From contig JAZRNB010000040.1 in the NCBI GenBank assembly GCA_045647985.1, forward strand, positions 3,293-67,292: a stretch of 64,000 nucleotides of DNA. The letters run 5' to 3'. The notes under the pieces were generated by a model, which had not been told where the DNA came from, made no database searches, and saw only the letters and a list, made by a program, of their open reading frames with translations. The stretch comes from Acutalibacteraceae bacterium. Lineage in GTDB: Bacteria; Bacillota; Clostridia; Oscillospirales; Acutalibacteraceae. A program made the translations under genes and the position numbers. Shown here in pieces: positions 40,347 through 48,818 of the stretch. Positions within the stretch are counted from its first letter, which is position 1. Each line of letters starts with the position of its first letter.

Positions 40347-42176
40347 ATGAAAATTTATACAAAAAAAGTTTTAGCCGTATTGATGTGTGTGATTATGCTG
40401 CTTTCGTCTGTCGCAGTTGTTTCATTTGCTGCAGATGAAAAATGTGATTGTGAGCATTGTCCTTCTATTGTAATTCCCGGCATTTTCCAGTCTAAAGTCC
40501 GCTATCTTGATGAAAACGGAAATGAAATGCTTAATGAAGAAGGAAAGCCTTATTCCGCTCCTTTCTTTATGAAGTCCACCGATGAAATAGTAAAAAAGGC
40601 TCTTGAAGAGGCACTTCTGCCCCTTGCAGGTCTTCTTCTTACGCAGACTGATATTGAAAAGCGCTGTGCAAATGCTGTTGCCGATGTTCTCGGTGATGCT
40701 CTTTTAAGTAACATTGCACTTGACAATACAGGCAGAGTTATCAAGAATATCCGGGCTGATAAATATACAACCAGCCTTGCAAATCTTACAGAAGAGCAGA
40801 GAGAATATGCTCTCGATCAGATTCCTCTTGATCTCTATGCGGATATTGCAGGTATGGATCATCTGTATTTCTTCTCATATCATTCAACCGGAAATATGAT
40901 TGATAACGTGAAGGAGCTTTATGAGCTTATTCAGATTGCAAAGGCAGAAACAGGACACGATAAGGTGAATCTTGTTCCCATAAGCCAGGGCGGTTCAGTT
41001 GAGAACGCACTTATGCAGTACTATATTGATAACGGTTATTCATTCGAAGAAGATGTCAACAGAGTTTGCTATGTTGTACCTGCTGCTGACGGTGCTGCAG
41101 TGCTCGGCGATATTTATCACTACGGTCTTCTTGACGATGATCAGGCGCTGTATAACTATATGTTCCCCTCACTGCTTGATGATGAGCAGCAGTATCTTGC
41201 ATATCTTATCAATCTTATCCTCAGAATTCTTCCCAATGCAGATGTAAACAATATTATAGATACTGCAGTGCAGGTGCTTGTTGAGGATTATCTTGAATAT
41301 TCAACAATGCTCTGGGCGCTTGTTCCTTCAAAGGATTATTCCGAATGCCGTGAAATGTACCTTTCCGATCCTGAGGATTCAATTGTCCGCGAACAGACGG
41401 ACTGGTATTATAATGCTCAGGTAAATGCAAGAGATTATATTCTCGGTTTTAAAGAAAAAGGTGTTGAATTTTTTGACATCGTGGATTATAATGTAACTAT
41501 GTATCAGATAGCTGACTCATGGGATGAAGTTAATGCTGACGGAATTATTCATCTTGATTCGGAATCTTTCGGTGCAACAAGTGTTAAGGTTAATACTTCG
41601 CTTCCCGAGGATTATGTGCAGGCAAATACATATTGTACCGATCCTTCGCATAATCACATTGATGCAGACAGACTTGTTGATGCATCCACCGGTATTCTTT
41701 GTGAATCAACATTCTATTTCAAGAATCAGAATCACGAGCAGACTGCGCGTAATGATGTAATTATGCGTCTCGCAATAAGAATCCTTACGGATGAATCATT
41801 TGAGAATGTTTATTCCGATCCCGGATTCCCTCAGTTTAACTTCGCACGAGACTCAAGAGGTATCATCAATCAGTACAATCTTTGGAAGGATTATGATACT
41901 TCAAATCTCTCCGCAGAGGATGCCGCAGAATTTGAGGCAGCTCTGAGTGAAACTGAAAAAGCTATCAACAGCACATATATGCCTACCGAAGAATTCAATG
42001 CTGTAAAGGACAGATTTGAGGCCGTCATTTATAAGATAGTAAACGGTGAGGAAAAGCAGGAGGAGGAGCCCGATTTCTTCAGTAACTTCTTCACTGCGAT
42101 CATTAGGTTCTTCAGCAACATTGTGTATATTTTATTTGGCGGCAAGGGCTGGTCTGATATCATTCTATTCAGGTAA
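40347..42176 (+). CDS. Secreted or membrane-tethered protein, possible alpha/beta-hydrolase lipase-like
   Basis: Signal peptide after ATG 40347 (AGGGAGG RBS). VNLVPISQGGS resembles a nucleophile elbow. There is a hydrophobic C-terminal tail. This is a weak call. Confidence 0.3.
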   Translation: MKIYTKKVLAVLMCVIMLLSSVAVVSFAADEKCDCEHCPSIVIPGIFQSKVRYLDENGNEMLNEEGKPYSAPFFMKSTDEIVKKALEEALLPLAGLLLTQTDIEKRCANAVADVLGDALLSNIALDNTGRVIKNIRADKYTTSLANLTEEQREYALDQIPLDLYADIAGMDHLYFFSYHSTGNMIDNVKELYELIQIAKAETGHDKVNLVPISQGGSVENALMQYYIDNGYSFEEDVNRVCYVVPAADGAAVLGDIYHYGLLDDDQALYNYMFPSLLDDEQQYLAYLINLILRILPNADVNNIIDTAVQVLVEDYLEYSTMLWALVPSKDYSECREMYLSDPEDSIVREQTDWYYNAQVNARDYILGFKEKGVEFFDIVDYNVTMYQIADSWDEVNADGIIHLDSESFGATSVKVNTSLPEDYVQANTYCTDPSHNHIDADRLVDASTGILCESTFYFKNQNHEQTARNDVIMRLAIRILTDESFENVYSDPGFPQFNFARDSRGIINQYNLWKDYDTSNLSAEDAAEFEAALSETEKAINSTYMPTEEFNAVKDRFEAVIYKIVNGEEKQEEEPDFFSNFFTAIIRFFSNIVYILFGGKGWSDIILFR

Positions 42177-42211
42177 AAAAAATTTTTAATGCAAAGGAGC
42201 AAAAATCTATT

Positions 42212-43207
42212 ATGGCAACAACAACTATCACCGCATTTTTCTATAAACTGCTTCTGTGGTTTATATCCTTCACTGCACTTTTCGGCGCAACGATACCCGG
42301 ACCTGCAACTGACACACCTATAAAGGTTAATGAAGATGCAGAGATGTCAGTAGTTCTCTGGGGTGATCCTCAGCTTTCTGACTACATGGCTGACAGACAT
42401 CAGTACACAAAGAATGCAGCAATCGATCTTTCAAATGCTGAAGGTACTTTTGATGCACTCGTTGTAGCAGGTGACATTGCAGAAAACGGCAAAACTCCTG
42501 AATATCAGCTTGTTCTTGATTATCTTTCTGTTGCCGAAAATATTGATCATCACATCATGACAGTCGGTAACCACGATGTAAGACTCAGATCTTACTCTCA
42601 GGTTGTAAAAACATTTGACGAATTTTGTAACGCATCAAATGACAAGTTTGCAGAAAACGCAAAGTACTATAAGGACGGTAAACTTTCCTATACTTATGAA
42701 GTAAACGGATACACATTTATTGCTCTCGGTACAGATAAGGTTGTTTTTGAAGAATCTTACTTCTCTGATGAATGTCTTGAATGGTTTGATGGTGAACTCA
42801 GCAAGGCTGCTGTTGACGGAAAGCCCGTATTTGTAATTCTTCATCAGCCCCTCAAGGATACTCATAATGTATGGAATTCATGGAATTCTCCTGATGATAA
42901 TGCAGGTACTGTAGGTGCTCAGAGTGATGCTCTTCAGGAAATTATGAATAAGTATGAGAATGTAATTCTTATCACAGGTCACCTTCATATGGGCTTCAGT
43001 GCTGAATGGTCAATCCATGAAATCGGTAATTTCTGGGGCGTTAATCTTCCCGGTATCGGACCTAAGAATGCTGACGGTGATTTCTATAATGAATCCGGAA
43101 CAGGTTACATTATGGAAGTTTATGAGGACAGAATTGAATTTATCGCAAGAGACTTCAATCTCGGAAAGTACATTCCCGAGCATAACGAAGTTATCACTCT
43201 TAAATAA
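42212..43207 (+). CDS. Calcineurin-like metallophosphoesterase with an N-terminal TM/signal segment
   Basis: Motifs GDPQ, GDIAENG, GNHD, LHQP and GHLH. Confidence 0.7.
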   Translation: MATTTITAFFYKLLLWFISFTALFGATIPGPATDTPIKVNEDAEMSVVLWGDPQLSDYMADRHQYTKNAAIDLSNAEGTFDALVVAGDIAENGKTPEYQLVLDYLSVAENIDHHIMTVGNHDVRLRSYSQVVKTFDEFCNASNDKFAENAKYYKDGKLSYTYEVNGYTFIALGTDKVVFEESYFSDECLEWFDGELSKAAVDGKPVFVILHQPLKDTHNVWNSWNSPDDNAGTVGAQSDALQEIMNKYENVILITGHLHMGFSAEWSIHEIGNFWGVNLPGIGPKNADGDFYNESGTGYIMEVYEDRIEFIARDFNLGKYIPEHNEVITLK

Positions 43208-43218
43208 ATAATGATATA

Positions 43219-43265
43219 ACCGCTTGTATAGTTTTTACAATAAAACTGTTGACAAGCGGTTTTTT
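43219..43265 (+). terminator. Rho-independent terminator after the phosphoesterase gene
   Basis: Stem aaccgcttgt / acaagcggtt plus a T6 run. Its 3' arm overlaps the rpsF -35 box. Confidence 0.6.
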
Positions 43266-43277
43266 ATCTGTTATAAT
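43249..43277 (+). promoter_or_regulatory. Consensus sigma-A promoter of the rpsF-ssb-rpsR operon
   Basis: TTGACA (43249-43254), a 17-nt spacer, then TATAAT (43272-43277). Confidence 0.7.
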
Positions 43278-43351
43278 ATCGCAGTTGTATAAAGTTACAA
43301 CTATCCTTGCCCCGGAAAAAGGGGCCAATGTCCAAAAGGAGGTGCATCTAA
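43278..43351 (+). promoter_or_regulatory. Structured rpsF 5' leader (possible S6:S18 autoregulatory element)
   Basis: Two hairpins are present, gttgta..tacaac and gcccc-ggaaaaa-ggggc, immediately upstream of the AAGGAGG RBS. An S6:S18-binding rpsF leader has been described in Firmicutes; the match here is not verified. Confidence 0.35.
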
Positions 43352-43630
43352 ATGGCAAAGTATGAAACCGTAGCAGTATTCTCACTTAAGAACGGTGAAG
43401 AAAAGGCTAAGGAGCTTGTTGAAAAGTTCAAGGCTCTTATCGAAGCTAACGGCACAATGGAAGCTGTAGATGAATGGGGTACTCGTAAGCTTGCTTACGC
43501 CATCAACTACGAAACAGACGGCTACTATGTTCTCTACACATATGAAGCTGACGTAGCTTTCCCTGCTGAACTTGACCGTGTTTTCAACATCACAGACGGC
43601 GTTCTCCGTTCTCTTATTGTTGCTAGATAA
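43352..43630 (+). CDS. rpsF: 30S ribosomal protein S6
   Basis: MAKYETVAVF...GTRKLAYAI... 92 aa, in conserved rpsF-ssb-rpsR synteny. Confidence 0.95.
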   Translation: MAKYETVAVFSLKNGEEKAKELVEKFKALIEANGTMEAVDEWGTRKLAYAINYETDGYYVLYTYEADVAFPAELDRVFNITDGVLRSLIVAR

Positions 43631-43642
43631 GGAGATAAATGT

Positions 43643-44068
43643 ATGTTGAATTCAATCATTATTATGGGCAGACTTACTGCAGATCCCGAGCTCCGTTCCA
43701 CAAGCTCAGGCTTATCTGTAACTTCTTTTACAGTTGCAGTTGACCGTGGCTATGTAAGAGCAGGAGAGGAAAGAAAGGCTGATTTCATTCCCGTTGTAGC
43801 ATGGCGTGAAAAGGCAGACTTTGTGTCAAAGTATTTCCGCAAGGGTTCTATGATTGCTGTCCAGGGCTCACTTCAGAGCCGCAGTTATGAGGATAAGAAC
43901 GGAAATAAGCGTGTTGCTTATGAAATAATTGCAGACCAGGTAAGCTTTTGCGGATCAAAGGCTGAATCAGGTACAGGCAATTACGATTCTGTAAGTCCCT
44001 CATCTTATAATAACAGCAGTGCTGATGATTTTTCATCTGTTGTTGAAGATGATGATTTACCCTTCTGA
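43643..44068 (+). CDS. ssb: Single-stranded DNA-binding protein
   Basis: OB-fold start IIMGRLTADPELR and the acidic C-terminal tip DDDLPF. Confidence 0.95.
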   Translation: MLNSIIIMGRLTADPELRSTSSGLSVTSFTVAVDRGYVRAGEERKADFIPVVAWREKADFVSKYFRKGSMIAVQGSLQSRSYEDKNGNKRVAYEIIADQVSFCGSKAESGTGNYDSVSPSSYNNSSADDFSSVVEDDDLPF

Positions 44069-44101
44069 TTCCTTTAAGATTTTTTAAGGAGGATATTAGT
44101 A

Positions 44102-44359
44102 ATGGCTTTTGAAAAGAAAGATAACAAAGGCGGTCGCCCCATGAACAGAAAGAGCCGTAAAAAGGTTTGTACTTTCTGTGTAGAAAAATCTGATTTTATC
44201 GACTACAAAGACAGCCAGAAGCTTCGTCGTTTTATGTCTGAAAGATCAAAGATTTTACCCCGCAGAGTTACAGGTACTTGCGCAGCTCACCAGAGAGAGC
44301 TTACAATAGCTATCAAGCGTGCTCGTCACCTTGCTCTTATTTCCTACATCAGCGACTAA
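44102..44359 (+). CDS. rpsR: 30S ribosomal protein S18
   Basis: CTFCVEK..IDYKD...[24 protein letters not shown]. Confidence 0.95.
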   Translation: MAFEKKDNKGGRPMNRKSRKKVCTFCVEKSDFIDYKDSQKLRRFMSERSKILPRRVTGTCAAHQRELTIAIKRARHLALISYISD

Positions 44360-44368
44360 TCAAAGCAT

Positions 44369-44398
44369 TCCGCATCATTATGATGCGGATTTTTTTTT
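44369..44398 (+). terminator. Rho-independent terminator after rpsR
   Basis: Stem tccgcatca / tgatgcgga followed by a T9 run. Confidence 0.75.
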
Positions 44399-44448
44399 GC
44401 ATAAAATTTGCCTTTTTACGAAAAATATCCGTGAAAGGGCGTGTTGAT

Positions 44449-44904
44449 ATGAAAAAAGCTTTGCCGGATAAAGAATACTCTGAAAGAGTAAAAAAACTTA
44501 CTCCCTCGTCTCCATTGTTAAAGGACTGCTTGTTTGCTTTCTTGTTTGGTGGGATAATGTGTGTTTTGGGAGAAACTCTTTTTAATTTGTATTATGGTGT
44601 ATTTGCAGATGAAAAGGTTTCAAGAACCGTGGTTTCAATTTCGGTTATTGTGCTTACTGCAATTCTTACGGGTATAGGAGTCTATGATAAAATTGCAAAA
44701 ATCGGCGGAGCAGGGCTTGCTGTTCCCATCAGCGGTTTTGCAAATTCTGTATGTTCACCTGCTATTGAGTACTCAACTGAGGGGCATATTCTCGGTACCT
44801 CTGAAAAAATGTTTTCTCTTGCAGGTGCAGTTATAGTATACGGATGCTCTCTTGCCTCGCTTTACGGAATGATATATTACTTTTTCCTCGGAGGTAATGT
44901 ATGA
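44449..44904 (+). CDS. spoVAC: Stage V sporulation protein AC
   Basis: LKDCLFAFLFGGIMCVLGE...GAGLAVPISGFANS...EYSTEG is collinear with B. subtilis SpoVAC as recalled. ATG 44449 was chosen because the longer ORF overlaps rpsR. Confidence 0.85.
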   Translation: MKKALPDKEYSERVKKLTPSSPLLKDCLFAFLFGGIMCVLGETLFNLYYGVFADEKVSRTVVSISVIVLTAILTGIGVYDKIAKIGGAGLAVPISGFANSVCSPAIEYSTEGHILGTSEKMFSLAGAVIVYGCSLASLYGMIYYFFLGGNV

Positions 44905-45542
44905 AAAGACGCAGAGTATTTGAACTGAAAAACAAGCCTTGTATCATTACTTCGGCTGCCGCTGTAGGTAAGGTAGAGGGTGAAGGCCCCTTAAAGGATG
45001 AATTTGATGTAGTTTTTCCGGATGATGGTATTATGCAGAACTCCTGGGAAAATGCAGAAAGTGAGCTGATGTTTACTGCCGTAAGCAAGAGTCTTGAAAA
45101 ATCAGGGCTCGGGGAAAGTGACATCGGTGTGATTTTTGCAGGCGATCTTATAAATCAGTGTACCTCAAGCACATATGCAATAAGAGGCTTTGATTTTCCC
45201 TTCTGCGGATTGTTCGGTGCCTGTTCGACAATGGCATATTCTCTTGCTTTGGCATCAATTGTAGTTGACGGCGGTTATTCGGATTTGGCGCTTGCTGCAA
45301 CATCTTCGCATTTCTGTTCTGCAGAAAAACAGTTCAGATATCCGCTTGAATACGGAAGCCAGCGTGCTCCTGCATCTCAGCGTACGGTTACGGGTTCAGG
45401 TGCATTTATTGTGGGGAGAAACAGACATTCTGAAATTGTTATACCCCGTGTGATGTTCGGGAAAATCACAGATGCGGGAATCAGTGATACTTCCAATATG
45501 GGAGCCGCAATGGCACCTGTAGATGTTAAAATAGAACCATAA
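44901..45542 (+). pseudogene. spoVAD: spoVAD, 3'-truncated (about 206 conserved codons of an expected ~335-340)
   Basis: Collinear with SpoVAD (thiolase-like) through FAGDLINQ, CGLFGACSTM, LAATSSHFCSAEKQFRYPLEYG and TSNMGAAMAP. Seven unrelated codons and a TAA follow. The C-terminal third and spoVAE are absent from the window. Confidence 0.8.
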
Positions 45543-45748
45543 ATTAAGCGAAAAGCAACACAAAATCTTACACAAATTTCGACACGAAAGGTGGTGAAAA
45601 CGCCCTATTTTACTGGGGTTACGGGCATTTTTGAACTCGAAAATTTGCAGCTGAAGCAATCGTCAAAAATTGCCTGTTCACAATTTGTTTATAATTAGTT
45701 TTTGACACAAAAATCAGCACTATTATTACAATAAAGAAAAATGAAAGG

Positions 45749-46111
45749 ATGAATCAAATGAAAATTACATACCGTGAAGTAAATGGTTACCTTATCCCAA
45801 ATCTTAAACTACCACCTGAAGAGGCAAGTGTTAGGCTTGGGAAATGGGGAATGATGTACAAAACTTATCTTGAAAAGCATAAGTCAGTGGTTTTTAATTT
45901 GTTACTTATTAAAGGTGAGCTGTATCAACATTGTGCAGAAGTTGAGAAGCAGGCAAGGGAGATGTTTGATATACTTGTTGAGCAGATGAAAGTTGCTGAA
46001 GGTGTTACCGAGCAACTGAAAGAAGAAAATCAGATGGAGTGGGTGCAGATAATGGGGAATATTGAAGCGAGGGCTAGGGAGATAGTAAACAATGAAATTA
46101 TATTCAAATAG
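45749..46111 (+). CDS. tnpV: TnpV-family transposon protein
   Basis: MKITYREVNGYLIPNL...LVEQMKVAEGVTEQLKEENQMEWVQIMGNIEARAREIVNNEIIF closely resembles the ~120-aa TnpV proteins of Tn4451-like elements as recalled. The start may be ATG 45758. Confidence 0.7.
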   Translation: MNQMKITYREVNGYLIPNLKLPPEEASVRLGKWGMMYKTYLEKHKSVVFNLLLIKGELYQHCAEVEKQAREMFDILVEQMKVAEGVTEQLKEENQMEWVQIMGNIEARAREIVNNEIIFK

Positions 46112-46304
46112 AAAATTTGGTGTCAGATTTTTGAAATCTATGTAGCAAATCGTTTTTTGCACCAAGAACTAAAAATTAATATATAAATTAAATCGGAAGT
46201 AACAAAAATATATACTATCATTGTTTTTTATCGAAGTCATACATACCTCTTAAAATACCCTTTCTGCATTTTTGCACGTTTTTAATGCATTTTTGTAGTT
46301 ATTA

Positions 46305-46333
46305 TTGATTAATTCGTCAGATAAGAGTATAAT
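46305..46333 (+). promoter_or_regulatory. Sigma-A-type promoter upstream of the PHP-ATPase operon
   Basis: TTGATT (46305-46310), a 17-nt spacer, then TATAAT (46328-46333). Confidence 0.5.
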
Positions 46334-46385
46334 ACGACACAACGCTGTCAAAGCGATGTTGATTTTGGCAGGTAATATGAATTTT

Positions 46386-46431
46386 AACCTCCCTGCTTAT
46401 TTTGTCAGGGAGGTTTTGTGTTTGAATTGTT
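46386..46431 (+). promoter_or_regulatory. Terminator-like stem-loop in the 5' leader of the PHP-ATPase gene
   Basis: Perfect 10-bp stem aacctccctg / cagggaggtt with a 10-nt loop, followed by the T-rich ttgtgtttgaattgtttttt. It lies between the predicted promoter and the GGAGGG RBS. Confidence 0.45.
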
Positions 46432-46448
46432 TTTTGGAGGGATAGTTA

Positions 46449-48818
46449 TTGAACAGAATTGTAAATAATGGTGTAAAAATAGACTTGCATATACATTCCT
46501 GTGCATCGTCAAAAAAAGACGGTAAAAAAGTAAAAAATAACACGTTAGAAAGAATACCGCTTTTGATTGAAAAGCTGAATGAAAACAGCGTGAATGTTTG
46601 TGCTATAACAGATCACGATACTTTTTCTTATGAAATGTACTCAACATTGAAAAAAGCAGAGAAAGATGATTCTTCAATTCAAAAGGTGCTTCCCGGTGTC
46701 GAGTTTACAGTTAGTTTTTTAGATGATAATCAACAAAACAAGTCCGTCCATGTTGTATCAATTTTTTCTGATAAAGATGAATCTAAAATTAAAAATATTG
46801 AAAAAATTTTAGTAGATAATCCTCCTTCAACAGGTGGGTTCTATATGGAAGAAAATTTTCTAAAGATTTTACGTTTAATTGATATTGACACTATTTTAAT
46901 TGCACATCAAAAAAATACATTATCCACAAAAAAAGTGCGTGACAATGATGTAAATGCATTGGGTGAAAACAAATTTTTAGAACTTGTTGAATCTGATTTT
47001 TTTGAGTCATACGAATTTAAAAACAAACGCAATGAAATATTGAACAAGAATCATTTAGCAATTAACAATATGCAGGACAAAGTAAGATTTGTAACCGGTA
47101 CAGATTGTCATGATTGGTCTGTTTACCCAAGAGAAGATTCTTCAGAAAAAATGGAAAGTTTCCCTTATACATATGCTAAATGTTTACCAACTTTTAAAGG
47201 ATTAGTAATGGCAGTAACAAATAATAGACGCCTAAAAAGAGTCGATAGCTTTTTCAATGTAGATAAATTCACACTGAATGCTATTAATATTGAAAAAAAC
47301 GGTAAAAAATTGCAAATACCGCTTTCAAAAGGTATTAATGTGATAATCGGAGATAACTCCATAGGAAAATCAATGTTATTACATTCTCTTGCAGGTTTTG
47401 AAAAGGACGGAGAAAAATTAGATTCTAAAATTAAAAGTGGGTATCAGAAATATGCAAAAGATAATGGTTTAAAAATAAAGAAGCTTTTATCTAAAGATAA
47501 CATTTTTCATTTTGATATGCAGGGAGAAGTTAGGAAAAAATTCGAATTGAATCAGCTTGTTGCTACAGAATTTTCTAAATATTTTCCTAAAAATATAGAT
47601 CCTAAACCATATCGTTCAATAATTGAAAATGAAATAAATAATTTGATTTGTTTTTTAGATAAAAAATTTTCAATTGAAAAAGAACTGTTGCATCTTACAA
47701 AATTTGATATACATGAATCAAAAGAATTTGCTGAAAGTCTTTCTTTTGTAGGAGACGTTCGTTCTATAAAAAAAGATTGTGATATATTCAAAAATATTCA
47801 ATCTAAAATTAAGCAAATCGATATTGATATTGATGAGGTGCTTAAATTAAAATTAGACGAACTGGATGCTGATGAATTTAGGAAAATTAAAGCACAAATT
47901 AATGGGATTAAGACAAAGTATATCGAAAAAGAAGAAGCTGCAAAAAAGGAAAATACAAAAATTGAATCTGTTGCAAAAAATATTGATAAAGCAAAAAAAC
48001 GTCATGATGAGATTATTACTGATGAACAAAAATTAGATACAACTTTCATAGAAAAAACAAATAATTTAAAAGAAGCAATTATTAAGATAATTAAACAAAG
48101 TCAAAGTCTTTCTGAATATAAAATATCCATCGAGCGTACAGAGGTTAAACCGGCCACAAATCCCATACAGGAATATAATTTCATTTCTAAAATTAATGTT
48201 GATGTTATTGATTCTGATTATTTTTTGAAACATGTATACAATGTGTTTAAAGCAAATAAAAAAATTGATTTTAATAATATAAGTGAAAAACAATTGCGGG
48301 ATTCATTATTACGCTATGACAATTCTATTCCAGTGTTGCAATTTTTGAAAGATGCTTTACTGCAGGAATTTGAGAAGGATTTTGAACCAAAAAACACAAT
48401 AACGCTTAACGATATGGATGAAACACGAGAACTTTCAGCAGGATTAAATGCTAAAATATACTTTGATTTATTGTCTTATGAAAGCAGTATGGAAGGTATT
48501 TATATTATTGACCAACCGGAAGATAATGTTTCTCAACCTTCTATCAAAGAATATCTGTTGGATTGTTTTTCAGCTATGAGCGACAATAGGCAAATCATAA
48601 TGGTTTCCCATAATCCACAATTTATTGTTAACTTAGATATAGATAATTTAATATATCTATCAAAAACTGAAACTGGAGAATTAACAGTAAAGTATGGCGC
48701 TTTAGAATACGAAAATGATGATTATAGTATTCTTGATATTGTTGCAAATAACATAGATGGTGGTTTAGATACCATTCAGAAAAGGTGGAAAAGATATGAA
48801 AAGATTAATAAGATTTAA
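46449..48818 (+). CDS. PHP phosphoesterase domain fused to an SMC/Rad50-like ABC ATPase with a coiled-coil insert
   Basis: TTG start, 7 nt after GGAGGG. PHP ligand set: H14-x-H16, D55-H56, E85, H101, H153, D219-x-H221. Walker A GDNSIGKS (301-308). Lys/Glu-rich predicted coiled coil at about 450-560. Signature-like LSAGL (662-666). Walker B IYIIDQPE (684-691). H-loop SHN (720-722). Confidence 0.75.
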   Translation: MNRIVNNGVKIDLHIHSCASSKKDGKKVKNNTLERIPLLIEKLNENSVNVCAITDHDTFSYEMYSTLKKAEKDDSSIQKVLPGVEFTVSFLDDNQQNKSVHVVSIFSDKDESKIKNIEKILVDNPPSTGGFYMEENFLKILRLIDIDTILIAHQKNTLSTKKVRDNDVNALGENKFLELVESDFFESYEFKNKRNEILNKNHLAINNMQDKVRFVTGTDCHDWSVYPREDSSEKMESFPYTYAKCLPTFKGLVMAVTNNRRLKRVDSFFNVDKFTLNAINIEKNGKKLQIPLSKGINVIIGDNSIGKSMLLHSLAGFEKDGEKLDSKIKSGYQKYAKDNGLKIKKLLSKDNIFHFDMQGEVRKKFELNQLVATEFSKYFPKNIDPKPYRSIIENEINNLICFLDKKFSIEKELLHLTKFDIHESKEFAESLSFVGDVRSIKKDCDIFKNIQSKIKQIDIDIDEVLKLKLDELDADEFRKIKAQINGIKTKYIEKEEAAKKENTKIESVAKNIDKAKKRHDEIITDEQKLDTTFIEKTNNLKEAIIKIIKQSQSLSEYKISIERTEVKPATNPIQEYNFISKINVDVIDSDYFLKHVYNVFKANKKIDFNNISEKQLRDSLLRYDNSIPVLQFLKDALLQEFEKDFEPKNTITLNDMDETRELSAGLNAKIYFDLLSYESSMEGIYIIDQPEDNVSQPSIKEYLLDCFSAMSDNRQIIMVSHNPQFIVNLDIDNLIYLSKTETGELTVKYGALEYENDDYSILDIVANNIDGGLDTIQKRWKRYEKINKI

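Noticed and set aside
44278-44448. ORF-track start of the spoVAC reading frame inside rpsR.
   Set aside because: It would overlap rpsR and run through its terminator. SpoVAC homology begins at MKKALPDKEY (ATG 44449).
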